Notes: a model not told the origin generated them from the sequence alone. Shown: positions 1 through 14,873, numbered from the whole stretch's first letter. The stretch is 63,272 nt of DNA, filler included, from Octopus bimaculoides (GCF_001194135.2; 7 parts of 6 records of this genome joined end to end with filler, not necessarily neighbours in it); one strand, 5' to 3'. A program made the numbers and translations.

Positions 1-517
1 ATATATATATATATATATACATATACAAGATCTTTATCTTCTTTATCATCAAAGTATCTGCAGCATAAGCACAGGCATTGCTGTGTAAAAAAAGCTCGCG
101 TAGCAACCTTGTGGGTTCAGTCCCATTGTATGTGTGTGTGTATGTATGTATGTATGTATGTATGTATGTATGTATGCATTCATGCCTGCATGCATGTATG
201 GATGCATGTGTGTGTGTAGATATGTAGGTATGTATGCAGAAGACGAATGTTGTTTATTGTTAATAAAAGAAAAATTAGCAGAAGAACTTCCCTTATGTCA
301 TCCTATGGCCTGCGTAATGTCACAACTTCAAGTCGTAGAATGGGCGTATGATATATAAATGTGAGCAATGCAATTTTTATTTGCATCCATCTTTTACTCA
401 CTTTCGTATGTATACGTGTATCGATGATAATACATGCACATATTTACATATGTTCGCATATGATTATGCATATAATTTAATATGCATAGGTATTGTATAT
501 GTGTGTGCGTGCGTGTT

Positions 518-599
<82 letters not shown>

Positions 600-805
600 T
601 GTATATGCATGTGTATGCATATGCATATATGTATATGATATGAATATATATATAGATAGAGGCATACATACATACATGTATATATACATACATACATACA
701 TACATACATGCATGCACTTGTATATTTAACCACTTTGGTTGGGTATGTATGCAAGTGTTCGTGTGTGTGTATGTGTATATATGTGTGGGCATGCGCGTAA
801 ATAAT

Positions 806-864
<59 letters not shown>

Positions 865-1806
865 CCTTATCATACTTGTGAAAGCAAGGCTTTGCGATCA
901 TGGCAGTGGAGAAAGCTGAAAAACATATTGACAAGCAATTACTGTAGAGGGCTTGAAATAAAACGTGTCCTTTAATTAACCAATTTTCATTGGGGAAAAT
1001 ACGTAGAATAGCATCAACGAAGAAAAAAGGAATTGAACAAAGAATATTCTGAAGAATTAGATTCGCAATTAAAGAATCATTTTAATTTGAAAATTACATA
1101 ACTTGAAGAAAAATTAGAGGTTGGAATTTTTCTCTTCGACACTGTAGCAAGGTCACGTGAAGGTTTAGATCATAGAAGGCGTGTTTCAACTATTTCGGAA
1201 CTGATGACGTAATTTTGAGAGTATACTGTTTAACATATTTTATTATAGATGATAGTTACGATGATACAATGTGATCCTTCTTTCTAAGGTCAGTGTTATG
1301 TGCATGCCTATGCCAATCCTTAGTTAAACACAAATATTTTCTGAACGAAATCAATATTTTCGTCAATAACGACAACGGAAGTTGAAGGCTAACTAGATAT
1401 CGACAGAGATTTAGACAAGAGAGAGCGCCAGAGAAAGAGAAATAAAATGAGAGAGGAGGGAATAAATTCGAAGATAGTGAATAGCATACAGGATTTGTAT
1501 GTAGCAGTAAGTTCTCGTAATATTTATTTATAAAAATATACAAGTTCAGATTTTCAAATTTTCTTTATCTAAATGACGTAACTGATTATATATAATTCAA
1601 AATAGTTTTCGTCTTGTCGCTTTTGTATTAGTTGTTGTAATGTAGTAATTGTTGTTTTTGTTCCTACAATTGATTGACCATCGGTACTGCCCTCATTCAG
1701 CCAATGATCATAGGCGGTCCAACCGGGAACATCCCATCTTCTTCTGAGGGTTTTTCATCCAAAGACGCATTCCTTCACGTAATATTATTTCCATAGAAAA
1801 TGCATA

Positions 1807-2082
1807 GATGGTGATGATGATGATGGCTGTGCACTCGTGGCTGACCATTGCCTATGCAAAATACCAACAATGCCTGTGCATGAAGTTATTACACCCGCGG
1901 TCGGCTTCACCAAGGTTTATGCTCGAGGCTTCCATGCTCGGCGCGATGCCATTCTGCTCGACCGCGCATCAGAAATTCGCCTCACCTGCGATTACGCAAC
2001 TTGACATTTTGGGTTCAATAAGGCTTGCAGACCCTCTCCTCCCTACTGACATTATCCAGAGACAAGCGAGGGGCAAGATACC
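1807..2082 (-). mobile_element. Possible decayed LINE 3' end with a (CAT)n tail
   Basis: A GC-richer island ending, on the minus strand, in cagccatcatcatcatc. No clean protein motif was recovered. Confidence 0.3.
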
Positions 2083-2086
2083 CAGT

Positions 2087-2387
2087 GCCAAATCTCTCTT
2101 ATTTGAAACAAACAAAATAAACAATAGAAATATTACATACATTGGCCAAAGTTGTCCTTGATAAAGCATGATTAAAAATAGAGGTTTTCTGTTTTACGTT
2201 TCAGTCACTGGGATTCGACCAAGTTACTTCAAGTATTCGGTCACCTCCAAGTATTCGGTCACCTCCAAGTATTCGGTCCAAGGAATCGATCCGAGTAAAA
2301 TGTTTTAGTCCGGTACGTTCTCTATCAGTGTCTTTGACAGACTCACTAAGTTACGGGAGCGTAAACAAACCGACTCAGTTTTTCCAG

Positions 2388-2428
<41 letters not shown>
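2087..2428 (+). repeat. ~300-bp segment duplicated at 14594-14911
   Basis: gccaaatctc-x-cttatttgaaacaaacaaaataaacaatagaaatattac...gactcagtttttccag plus (GATA)n occurs in both places. Confidence 0.9.
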
Positions 2429-2430
<2 letters not shown>

Positions 2431-2642
2431 CTTTCTTTTATTAGCCACACAGGGCTTCACACAGAGGGGACAAAATACAACTGTAGAGCTTTTCTTTAAA
2501 AAAAAAATCCGATCAAAAGGGATCGGTAGGAAAATGTCAATAGTGTAAAATGGAGTAAAACATTAGGTTTATCCATGGAGAGAAAAGCCTACGGAAAAGA
2601 CCACGGTAACCTCACCAGGGAATAGACACATGAGAGCAAGGT

Positions 2643-2711
<69 letters not shown>

Positions 2712-3109
2712 CATTCACATAAGGTACTAAAACATCACAAACGGGTGAACACAATTCCAAAACGGAGTTTTAAAGATATTTTCCCCAATCACTTTTTATG
2801 TGTGTGGTGGGGGATATATCTGTCTGTCTGTATGTATGTCTATTCGTGTGTATGCGTGTGTGTCGCATATTGTACATATATATTTCTTAGATAGTATTCT
2901 AGTGAACCAACGCGTAATATAAATCGTTCCTGTAAATTTAAATTACTATTTTGCTGGATAACCAAAATGTTAAGGATGTCATTTCTATGAAAAAGAGAAA
3001 TTTATCTTCGAAACTGTTCTGCGGGAAGATTTTCTTTCCTCTCCAGAGAAGATTACGATAAGTTCACAGCGCAAAATCTTTTAAATAAACAACTATTCTT
3101 TTATTTTTT

Positions 3110-3340
3110 TATGATTGCGAGATCGTGGGTTCGATTCCCAGACCGGGGGCGTTGCGTTGTATTCTTGAGCAAAGCACTTCAAATTCACGTTGCTCTGTGA
3201 TCATTTCGACATCTGAAGTGGCACTCAGTTGCACTTGTACAGGGAATGTCGATTTGATGGAGGGAGTGAGCTTATGTCTACACAAACATTTGACAACTAT
3301 GAATAAGTCATTTGCGTAGTTGTGTGTCGAACCCTCATAT
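3110..3340 (+). mobile_element. 5'-truncated tRNA-derived SINE of another family
   Basis: B-box-like ggttcgattcc, then ttcttgagcaaagcactt core and a microsatellite tail. Confidence 0.6.
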
Positions 3341-3360
3341 ATCAATGTAGATCTGTGTAC

Positions 3361-3402
<42 letters not shown>

Positions 3403-4619
3403 GTCTGTCTGCCTGTTTGCCTGTCTGTTTGTCTATCTGTCTGTCGGACTGTCTGTATGTCCGTCCGCCTGTCTGTCTATCTATCCATCTGTGTACATAC
3501 CAGCACACACTCACGCGCATTCAATAAGTATTCTTTCATAACTTGAATGAGAACACCCTCTACACGCAGACATACAGACACACACACAGATACGCACATA
3601 CACACACATACAAACACACACACACAGAAGCACACACACATATATTCAGACGCGCCCACACAAAGACACACACGCACGCACACAAACAAACAATTATACA
3701 TAGACATGCAAAATGACGCACGCTAAGTAAGACAGGCATGCAAAACAGTAACAAATCGAAGCTTGTCCCCTTTACTCTGGAAGTCTAGAATCATGTGTGC
3801 ACTATTTCTTAGACAAGATAATGCCATAGAGATTTCTGAACCGAATGCTGACTCACACCGGAGCACACAAAATAACATGATATTACATAATATGACTCAT
3901 AAAACATGTTTTTCCAGTAGAACATGTTTTAAATGCATTTTAACACTGAATTAACTCTAGTTTGTTGGAGTAGGAAACAAACGGTAACTTTATTCTGGAA
4001 AATTTTCTATGTTAGTATCCACTTTAATTGTATACATGCACGCATGCATGCATACATTCATACATGCATTTATACATGTATATACGTACATACACACATA
4101 TACATACATACCATTACACATACATACATATATACATACATACGTACACGAACACACACATATATGCATAGATACATGCATACACACACATATGCATACA
4201 CGCGTACACACAAACATGCCTACATNNNNNNNNNNNNNNNNNNNNNNNNNNNNNNNNNNNNNNNNNNNNNNNNNNNNNNNNNNNNNNNNNNNNNNNNNNN
4301 NNNNNNNNNNNNNNNNNNNNNNNNNNNNNNNNNNNNNNNNNNNNNNNNNNNNNNNNNNNNNNNNNNNNNNNNNNNNNNNNNNNNNNNNNNNNNNNNNNNN
4401 NNNNNNNNNNNNNNNNNNNNNNNNNNNNNNNNNNNNNNNNNNNNNNNNNNNNNNNNNNNNNNNNNNNNNNNNNNNNNNNNNNNNNNNNNNNNNNNNNNNN
4501 NNNNNNNNNNNNNNNNNNNNNNNNNNNNNNNNNNNNNNNNNNNNNNNNNNNNNNNNNNNNNNNNNNNNNNNNNNNNNNNNNNNNNNNNNNNNNNNNNNNN
4601 NNNNNNNNNNNNAACCCAT

Positions 4620-4652
<33 letters not shown>

Positions 4653-4698
4653 AATGGACCTTCCTGTCGTTAGACGACGTACATATACATAGGTGAGT

Positions 4699-4736
<38 letters not shown>

Positions 4737-4740
<4 letters not shown>

Positions 4741-4901
4741 CGGGCTTCTTTCAGTTTCCGTCTACCAAATCCTCTTACAAGGCTTTGGTCGGCCCGAGGC
4801 TATAGTAGAACACACTTGGCCAAGGTGCCACGCAGTGAGACTGAACCCGGAACCATGTGGTTGGTAAGCAAGCTACTTACCACCACAGCCACTCCTGCGC
4901 C
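4737..4901 (-). mobile_element. SINE family A copy (tRNA-like head, microsatellite tail)
   Basis: cgggcttctttcagtttccgtctaccaaatcc...ccacagccactcctgcgcc recurs throughout the window. Confidence 0.85.
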
Positions 4902-5403
4902 TATACATGTCCAAAATATTGTACTATAAAATTGCAGATTTAGCATGTCAGGCGTAATGACCTTACGCAGTGAAAATAAACTGAATATGAACTCGTAATC
5001 CAACGGAAGGTATACAATATTAACTACTATTATCCACCAGACGTTAACATAATGTTAAAGATACACTGTATTAACAATTTACAAATGCTTGTTATCCAAC
5101 AGGCTTTTAATGTCTGTTGTGTAACAGCCGTTACTATAATGTTAAAGATGAAAGAAAAAGGTGTTTTATGGTGGAGTAATGAAAAATATGCTGATGCAAA
5201 ATCTGATCAATATGTTCAGGTTTATATTTATAACAGTAATTATTACGGCACTTAGTTATATATCAGACAGTCTTAATACAAACCTAGAAATGGCTAATTA
5301 AGAAATAAACAATTAAAAGCCATTAATGGAATTGAATATTTCGGAAGCATTAGAGAAATTTGGCGTGTTTTAGGTACATGTGTGTGTGTCTGTGCGTGCG
5401 TGA

Positions 5404-5452
<49 letters not shown>

Positions 5453-5599
5453 CGTGTGCGTGTGTGTAGGTATAGATGTATAAGACTTATGTATATGTGT
5501 ATATATGTAAAGTCAAGGATATTGCTCTTATTTTCCAGTACTCTTTGCAATATACATTCGTACTCATAAACATACAGACATAGTATCTGCATACACACA

Positions 5600-5763
5600 G
5601 GCGCAGGTGTGGCTGTGTGGTAAGAAGCTTGCTTCCCAACCACAAGGGTCCAGATTCAGTCCCACTGCCTGGCACCTTGGGAAAGTGTCTTCTACTATAG
5701 TCACGGACCGACCAAAGCCTTGTGAGTGGATTTAGCAGACGAAAAGCGAAAGAAGCCCGTTGT
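5600..5763 (+). mobile_element. SINE family A copy
   Basis: ggcgcaggtgtggctgtgtggtaagaagcttgc...aagaagcccgt plus a (TA)n tail. Confidence 0.85.
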
Positions 5764-7015
5764 ATGTATATGTATATATANNNNNNNNNNNNNNNNNNNN
5801 NNNNNNNNNNNNNNNNNNNNNNNNNNNNNNNNNNNNNNNNNNNNNNNNNNNNNNNNNNNNNNNNNNNNNNNNNNNNNNNNNNNNNNNNNNNNNNNNNNNN
5901 NNNNNNNNNNNNNNNNNNNNNNNNNNNNNNNNNNNNNNNNNNNNNNNNNNNNNNNNNNNNNNNNNNNNNNNNNNNNNNNNNNNNNNNNNNNNNNNNNNNN
6001 NNNNNNNNNNNNNNNNNNNNNNNNNNNNNNNNNNNNNNNNNNNNNNNNNNNNNNNNNNNNNNNNNNNNNNNNNNNNNNNNNNNNNATATATATATATATA
6101 TACATACATACACACACATACATATACACACATATATGTATGTATGTATGTATTTGTGTATGTGTTCGTCCTCCCACCATCGCTTGACAACCGATACTGG
6201 GGTGTTTAACGTCCCCAAAATTGAGCGGTGCTCCAGTATGGCCGCAGTCAAATGAATGAAACAAGTAAAAAAGCATATGTACATACATACATGCATATAT
6301 GCAAGCATGACTGTATACATATATGTACGCACATATATAAATATATACAGATACAAACACACACACATGCGCATACATTCCTCCTTGCGCACGTACAAAT
6401 ACATACATACATATGCGTATATATATCTATACATAACTACGTAGTCGCATTCACAGAGACATACATACATACATGCATACATTCATGCATTCATACATGC
6501 TTATTTGCAGGTCTATGTTTATATAAATATATACATGTACGCATACATACATACATACATACATACATACATAAGTATAGATACATGCATACAGACATGC
6601 ATAAACATAGGCATGCATGCATACATACATCCCCACTTACATGCATATAAATTGATGATAATGACGTCAGATGACCTCCGGTTTCTCCATTTTATTCCAA
6701 CTGGAATTGCTTATGTTGCGAAATAAAGAAAGACTAACCAACAGCAACAGCAAACACACGTAAGTTTTTTGTATAGTACGCTTTTCTTGATGGTGTCTGA
6801 TCTCCTTCATCGTTTGAGTTGCATCATGGTGGTTCTTCTTTAATATATATATATGTATATATATATAGAAATATCATATTTCTAAATCTCTCAGAGAGAT
6901 TTAAGCAGTAGTGGTGCCCTAGGAAGCTGGACCGCTTCCTGTCGGCCTTGACACAATTATTGTGTCCTTAAGTTTGCGAGGGGGAGACAAACTCCTCCAC
7001 CCAGCCTAGCCAGCA

Positions 7016-7058
7016 TTCAGGGACATGTTTCTGAGTCTTTGCTCGTCATCAGCCTGAA
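7016..7058 (-). ncRNA. Minimal type I hammerhead ribozyme motif
   Basis: Minus strand reads UUCAGG-CUGAUGA-CGAG-CAAAGA-CUCA-GAAA-CAUGU-C-CCUGAA. Stem I is a perfect 6 bp, the core is intact, stem III is the palindrome ACAUGU, and the cleavage triplet is GUC. There is a C/A mismatch at the base of stem II. Confidence 0.7.
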
Positions 7059-7784
7059 GTAGCTTGGCAGCTGGCTGAAGAAGTTTGTCTAGCTCTCGCA
7101 ACTTATATAATCATAATGNNNNNNNNNNNNNNNNNNNNNNNNNNNNNNNNNNNNNNNNNNNNNNNNNNNNNNNNNNNNNNNNNNNNNNNNNNNNNNNNNN
7201 NNNNNNNNNNNNNNNNNNNNNNNNNNNNNNNNNNNNNNNNNNNNNNNNNNNNNNNNNNNNNNNNNNNNNNNNNNNNNNNNNNNNNNNNNNNNNNNNNNNN
7301 NNNNNNNNNNNNNNNNNNNNNNNNNNNNNNNNNNNNNNNNNNNNNNNNNNNNNNNNNNNNNNNNNNNNNNNNNNNNNNNNNNNNNNNNNNNNNNNNNNNN
7401 NNNNNNNNNNNNNNNNNNNNNNNNNNNNNNNNNNNNNNNNNNNNNNNNNNNNNNNNNNNNNNNNNNNNNNNNNNNNNNNNNNNNNNNNNNNNNNNNNNNN
7501 NNNNNNNNNNNNNNNNNNNNNNNNNNNNNNNNNNNNNNNNNNNNNNNNNNNNNNNNNNNNNNNNNNNNNNNNNNNNNNNNNNNNNNNNNNNNNNNNNNNN
7601 NNNNNNNNNNNNNNNNNNNNNNNNNNNNNNNNNNNNNNNNNNNNNNNNNNNNNNNNNNNNNNNNNNNNNNNNNNNNNNNNNNNNNNNNNNNNNNNNNNNN
7701 NNNNNNNNNNNNNNNNNNNNNNNNNNNNNNNNNNNNNNNNNNNNNNNNNNNNNNNNNNNNNNTACACATACATATACATATATA

Positions 7785-7947
7785 CAACGGGCTTCTTTCA
7801 GTTTCCGTCTACCAAATCCACTCACAAGGCTTTGGTCGGCCCGAGGCTATAGTATAACACACTTGCCCAAGGTGCCACGCAGTGGGACTGAACCCAGAAC
7901 CATGTGGTTGGTAAGCAAGCTACTTACCACACAGCCACTCCTGCGCC
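7785..7947 (-). mobile_element. SINE family A copy
   Basis: Near-identical to 4737-4901. Confidence 0.85.
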
Positions 7948-8742
7948 TATATCTGCACACACTCACGCAATCACTCACAAGCACACACATGTATGTATGC
8001 ATGTATGTATGTATGTATGTATGTATGCATGTATGTATGTATGTATGTATGTATGTATGTATGCATGTATGCATGTATGTATGTATGTATGTATGTATGT
8101 ATGCATGTATGTATGTATGTATGTATGTATGTATGTATGCATGTATGTATACAGTGACAGAGTGAGAGTAAAGGAAATCAGACAACACTCTGCATAAAAT
8201 ATTCAATTTCATTTGCTTGCGTCAGCTTCTCTAATAAAGAGTGAATATCAGCGGGAAATAGAAATGATAATCACTTTTACGCTAATTAAATAGGCGTAAA
8301 ATGATGCAACAAAATGATATCTGAAGAAACTAAAGAAACTCCTTTTTAGTTTTGTTTTTCTCACATGTACTCTGTGACCTATCCAACTGTGGATTCCAAC
8401 CAAAGAATACACTGGCTGTAATACGAGTCTTCTTCTCGCTTTCCATTTTGGCATAGGTTTTAAGTGTTGTTTATTTGTCGTGAATACGCAAGCTCAAAAG
8501 GCAAACACGCTTAATCAGATGTTTAAAGATATAATCTGCCAAAGGTTCTTTCAAAATATGTAAAGCATCCATGTTCAGCTTGTATTTAGATCCGCACATG
8601 CAATGTTTATACGTAATTGTGCATGCGCATGTGTATACGCCTATAGATATGGATATGCAGACATGTACACACATATATACATACGAACATACATGCATAC
8701 ATACGTACGTACATACATATATACATACATACTCTTTTACTG

Positions 8743-8897
8743 TTTTACTTGTTTCAGTCATTTGACTGTGGCCATGCTGGAGCACCGCCTTTAATCGAGC
8801 CAATCGACCCCAGGACTTCTTCTTTGTAAGCTAAGTACTTATTCTATCGGATCTCTGTTTTCCGAACCGCTATGTTACTTGGACGTGAACACAGCAG
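8743..8897 (+). mobile_element. SINE-like family B copy
   Basis: ttttacttgtttcagtcatttgactgtggccatgctggagcaccgcc...ccgaaccgctatgttac. Related copies at about 6165-6270 (opposite strand, deleted) and about 52735-52860 (diverged). Confidence 0.75.
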
Positions 8898-8905
8898 TAT
8901 ATATA

Positions 8906-9143
8906 CTGTAATCCTTCGCCACATCGCTGTTCACCCATCGCGGTTCATCCATCGCGGTTTATTCTTTAAGCTTATATCCATTCCTGTGAGGTGTTGTTTT
9001 GCATTTAGAATAAAATAAATATATACAAATTATAAAGATAATAATAATAAATATACAGTACTGTACTGTTTCTACTTCGCGGATTTTTACCTATCGTGGG
9101 TGCTTTGGGAACGTAACACCCGCGATAGTCGGGGAATTACTTT
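8906..9143. mobile_element. pogo/Tigger-type MITE
   Basis: TA-ctgtaatccttcgccacatcgc ... gcgatagtcggggaattacttt-ATA: imperfect TIRs of the CAGTAATCC type in a TA context. Confidence 0.6.
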
Positions 9144-11237
9144 ATATATATATATATATATNNNNNNNNNNNNNNNNNNNNNNNNNNNNNNNNNNNNNNN
9201 NNNNNNNNNNNNNNNNNNNNNNNNNNNNNNNNNNNNNNNNNNNNNNNNNNNNNNNNNNNNNNNNNNNNNNNNNNNNNNNNNNNNNNNNNNNNNNNNNNNN
9301 NNNNNNNNNNNNNNNNNNNNNNNNNNNNNNNNNNNNNNNNNNNNNNNNNNNNNNNNNNNNNNNNNNNNNNNNNNNNNNNNNNNNNNNNNNNNNNNNNNNN
9401 NNNNNNNNNTATATATATATATATATATGCATACATATATACATACACATCTTTAATGTCTATCTTGGAATCAATAATAAAAAACATTCAAATATCCAGA
9501 CACATTTTATTCAGGAATACATATTGTCATATGTATGCCTAACATTCTATACATGTGTTTGTGTGTTTGTGTGTGTGTGTATTTATGTATGCACATATAC
9601 ATACATATCACCTTTATGTCTGCTTTATGTGTCCTATGCAAACTGATCAACCCTCGATGAAAATTCACACCTTGGTGTATTAGCAAATATTATTGCATGT
9701 ATATTGTCATGCTACAAAACTGAACCAATTGCTTGAATATTCGGTATCATGAAACTTAGAGTAACGCTACAAGGAGCCTTTGGCATTATTTAGAGTAACA
9801 TTACAAGGAGCGTTTGACATTGAGTACTTTTCTCACTTGCTAAATTTAAGTAGTTTTAAACTCAGAAACATGCACGCGTGCACGCGCAAACGCACATACA
9901 CACATACGCACACACACACAAGTGCACATAAATATATATGTGTTTGTATATCTATATAGATAGACATTAATAGAGATAAATAGACAGAGAGGTATATACA
10001 TATATACATACATACACACACACATGCATACAGATATACATACATCTATATATAGCTATATATAGACATAAGCGCATACGTCAGTGGGCGTTATGTGTGA
10101 GTATATTTTAAAAAGATTAAATTTGATCGTCCTTAAGCAAATTTGTACTGGTGCATTAATGTGTGTGTGTGTGTATATGTATATATATGTATGTATGTAT
10201 TATGTATATATCTATATATAGATATANNNNNNNNNNNNNNNNNNNNNNNNNNNNNNNNNNNNNNNNNNNNNNNNNNNNNNNNNNNNNNNNNNNNNNNNNN
10301 NNNNNNNNNNNNNNNNNNNNNNNNNNNNNNNNNNNNNNNNNNNNNNNNNNNNNNNNNNNNNNNNNNNNNNNNNNNNNNNNNNNNNNNNNNNNNNNNNNNN
10401 NNNNNNNNNNNNNNNNNNNNNNNNNNNNNNNNNNNNNNNNNNNNNNNNNNNNNNNNNNNNNNNNNNNNNNNNNNNNNNNNNNNNNNNNNNNNNNNNNNNN
10501 NNNNNNNNNNNNNNATACATACATACACACACACATGCATACAGATATACATACATCTATATATAGCTATATATAGACATAAGCGCATACGTCAGTGGGC
10601 GTTATGTGTGAGTATATTTTAAAAAGATTAAATTTGATCGTCCTTAAGCAAATTTGTACTGGTGCATTAATGTGTGTGTGTGTGTATATGTATATATATG
10701 TATGTATGTATACACACATTCATACAATCTTACGTACATATATATGCGTAAATATACATGCACATTTGTATGAGAATATTTCTGAAACGATAATATGTAA
10801 CTGCGTGTAGAAGCTTTTGATGTTTGTTGTTTTTCTTTTTTCTTTCTTTTTTTTCTGTTTTGTTGTTGTTCTTGTTTGTGTTTATGTGCGAATGCAGTGC
10901 CTCGATTCCATCGCGGCCAAATTATAAAATGTTTCAGTTAACTACACAATTCATCGACCGAATTCCTTTGGGGCAAATATTTAATGAACACTGCAGAATG
11001 AAGAATCAAAATACAAAACAAAAGTTGTTAAAGAATATTAACAACAATATTTCTAATAACAACAACAACAGCAACAGCAACAACAACAACAACAACAACA
11101 ATAGCAGCAAGAAGTGTATGAACATCTGCAAGATAAAGCCTGTATTACTATTTCCATTTAGCAGTGCTGTATTTTCTAATTAACTTACTTTTATGAAATT
11201 ATAAATATAGATAGATAGATAGATAAATAGATGGATG

Positions 11238-11325
<88 letters not shown>

Positions 11326-12846
11326 GATAGATAAATACACACACGCATACATGTATGTATGTATATGTATAATACATATATATATAATATATAATTTCAT
11401 ATACAATATATATATACATATATACATATATTTATTTGTATGTATTTACTTACGTATCTAGTAATTCATGTGCATATATGCAATAGATGCATGTGCTTAT
11501 GTATGTATATATCTATATCTATATATCTATATCTATATATCTATATCTATATATCTATATCTATATATATATATATANNNNNNNNNNNNNNNNNNNNNNN
11601 NNNNNNNNNNNNNNNNNNNNNNNNNNNNNNNNNNNNNNNNNNNNNNNNNNNNNNNNNNNNNNNNNNNNNNNNNNNNNNNNNNNNNNNNNNNNNNNNNNNN
11701 NNNNNNNNNNNNNNNNNNNNNNNNNNNNNNNNNNNNNNNNNNNNNNNNNNNNNNNNNNNNNNNNNNNNNNNNNNNNNNNNNNNNNNNNNNNNNNNNNNNN
11801 NNNNNNNNNNNNNNNNNNNNNNNNNNNNNNNNNNNNNNNNNNNNNNNNNNNNNNNNNNNNNNNNNNNNNNNNNNNNNNNNNNNNNNNNNNNNNNNNNNNN
11901 NNNNNNNNNNNNNNNNNNNNNNNNNNNNNNNNNNNNNNNNNNNNNNNNNNNNNNNNNNNNNNNNNNNNNNNNNNNNNNNNNNNNNNNTTGGCAATAGTGG
12001 TGACGGTAATGGTGGTGGTGGTCGTCGTGGTGTCCGTGGTGGTGGTGTTGGTCGTGGTGGTGATGGTGATGGTGGTTGTGGTGGTCGTGGTGTGGTGGTG
12101 ATGGTGGTGGTGGTAGTGGCCGACGTCGTCGTGGCGGCGGCGGCGGCGGTGGCAGCGGCGGTGGTGGTAGTAATGTTGGGGGTTGCTGGTGATGATGGTG
12201 TTTGTGATGGTGATGGTGGTGACGGTCGACGTCACCATCGAGGTAATGGCGTTGTAGCATGTTTACACTCATAGATTCTCAGGTGGTGAAGTTGTTTGTT
12301 GAAAACATCTACCCCTACTCCATGTAGATCTCGCAGATATTTTGGCAAGGTACTAAATAGCTGCAGGCCCTTGAATCCCAGCTATGGGAGTACATTATCC
12401 ACACTCTAGGCGGAATGGACGGAACATTTGAAACTGTGCAGTAACATCATCAGTAGCAAGCTTTAACTAGCACTGCATAGCAAGACAATAGTTTCTACTC
12501 TGCCTCCCTTGGGTGTCGAAATCACGAAGATATCCGTCCGTTAGATAACTGATAATAGAGATTCCTGGGTTGTGCTTATCTGAATTTCCTTCTGTAATTA
12601 TAACTCTACTGGCTGATCATATCCTATGCTTTTTTTTTGTTGTTGTTTTTAACTTCCATATTGTTTGATGTTTGTCTTGTTTTAGTGTTTATTGCGGGGA
12701 TTATATATGTTGTTAGATCATATCTGATCCTAGATGGAGTTAGCCGCGAAATTAGATATAGTTTTGCCCACACAGTCTCTAAATAATTATGGTTTAGCAT
12801 GAACCTGCTGTCGTTATAAGGCGAGAATTAAAAAAGACACACATTA

Positions 12847-12934
<88 letters not shown>

Positions 12935-13761
12935 TAAAATCTGGTAATTAGTCATATATTAATTAATATCGATTAATTATCAGGAGGCCAGCACATCTAA
13001 AAAATCAAAGAGATTCAGAAATATTATCTGCNNNNNNNNNNNNNNNNNNNNNNNNNNNNNNNNNNNNNNNNNNNNNNNNNNNNNNNNNNNNNNNNNNNNN
13101 NNNNNNNNNNNNNNNNNNNNNNNNNNNNNNNNNNNNNNNNNNNNNNNNNNNNNNNNNNNNNNNNNNNNNNNNNNNNNNNNNNNNNNNNNNNNNNNNNNNN
13201 NNNNNNNNNNNNNNNNNNNNNNNNNNNNNNNNNNNNNNNNNNNNNNNNNNNNNNNNNNNNNNNNNNNNNNNNNNNNNNNNNNNNNNNNNNNNNNNNNNNN
13301 NNNNNNNNNNNNNNNNNNNNNNNNNNNNNNNNNNNNNNNNNNNNNNNNNNNNNNNNNNNNNNNNNNNNNNNNNNNNNNNNNNNNNNNNNNNNNNNNNNNN
13401 NNNNNNNNNNNNNNNNNNNNNNNNNNNNNNNNNNNNNNNNNNNNNNNNNNNNNNNNNNNNNNNNNNNNNNNNNNNNNNNNNNNNNNNNNNNNNNNNNNNN
13501 NNNNNNNNNNNNNNNNNNNNNNNNNNNNNNNNNNNNNNNNNNNNNNNNNNNNNNNNNNNNNNNNNNNNNNNNNNNNNNNNNNNNNNNNNNNNNNNNNNNN
13601 NNNNNNNNNNNNNNNNNNNNNNNNNNNNNNNNNNNNNNNNNNNNNNNNNNNNNNNNNNNCAGACAGACAGACAGATAGAGAGATAGATAGATATATAGAT
13701 AGATAGATGTAGTGCATGTATGAATGTCTACATATATATGTACACGTATTCATATATAAAA

Positions 13762-13819
<58 letters not shown>

Positions 13820-14873
13820 AGATATATGTATGTATATATATGCATATATATTATACAGATATATATGCATAGTATATACGTGTGTTTGTGTGTGTATGTT
13901 GGCATATGTTATGCGTCAATAGAGGTAGTGTCTAAGTTAAAAGATAGATAAAGAAATATTAAGAAATATAGAAGGGGAGAAAGAATAGGAGAAATGGTGT
14001 AACATTTTTCTAACATACCCCTCTTTTTGCGTCGAAACAACAATGAAAGATCCAGTTGAGAAAATTAATTCTTTCATATATTAGTATAGATACATGAACC
14101 CTGTTCATCCGCTAACCTCACGAATATTCATCGATTAATCATGCCGCTGAGTTTTCGAAACCGAGACATAATGTCTTCTCTTACAGATACCAGGTCATTT
14201 TCAGAATGCCAAATAACTGCCATAAAAACGAAGCAATAATTTCCAGCCATGTAGAAACTGAAAATTACAATTGTCGCTAATATCCCAGGATACTCTACGT
14301 TAGATAAATTTTCGTGTGACAAGTCATTATAATAGATAATGTTTGTACGTACACTGATATTATAAAACTAAGTCAAAATGTTTCTGTTAGTCTGCCGGGA
14401 GATATTCGCTCGATAAGAAAATATTAACAACTATATCTCACTTAAATAATAGGTACCTAACTTTGAAATTACTGGAAGTATACATTGAAGAATGTGGTCC
14501 TTGATACGGTATGTCTGAAAACAGAATTATGGTCAAGACCAAAATACATTTGATTACAGAGAAGCATTGTTCCCTGACCTGATAAACATGACAGCCAAAT
14601 CTCCCTTATTTGAAACAAACAAAATAAACAATAGAAATATTACATACATTGGCCAAAGTGGTCCTTGGTAAAGTATGATTAAAAATAGAGGTTTTCTGTT
14701 TTACGTTTCAGTCACTGGGATTCGACCAAGTTACTTCAAGTATTCGGTCACTTTCAAAGTATTCGGTCGAAAGTATCCTAGTAAAATGTTTTAGTCCGGT
14801 ACGTTCTCTATCAGTGTCTTTGACAGACTCACTAAGTTAGGGGAGCGTAAACAAAGCGACTCAGTTTTTCCAG

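Noticed and set aside
2228-2280. CRISPR-like or regulatory short direct repeats (also 9771-9830, 30475-30522, 62002-62035)
   Set aside because: Two or three adjacent units with no spacers; ordinary slippage duplications in a eukaryote.
3110-3150. tRNA gene (GGTTCGATTCC)
   Set aside because: Only a B-box arm, with no cloverleaf; it continues into a SINE body.
10004-10710. ~195-bp direct duplication flanking an N gap (similar cases at about 19205/19870 and 16660/17038)
   Set aside because: Near-identical sequence on both sides of a gap is typical of unmerged contig overlaps.
11988-12272. Pro/His-rich or Gly-rich protein exon
   Set aside because: Degenerate (GGT/GGC/GAT)n repeat open in several frames, next to a gap, with no clear splice context.
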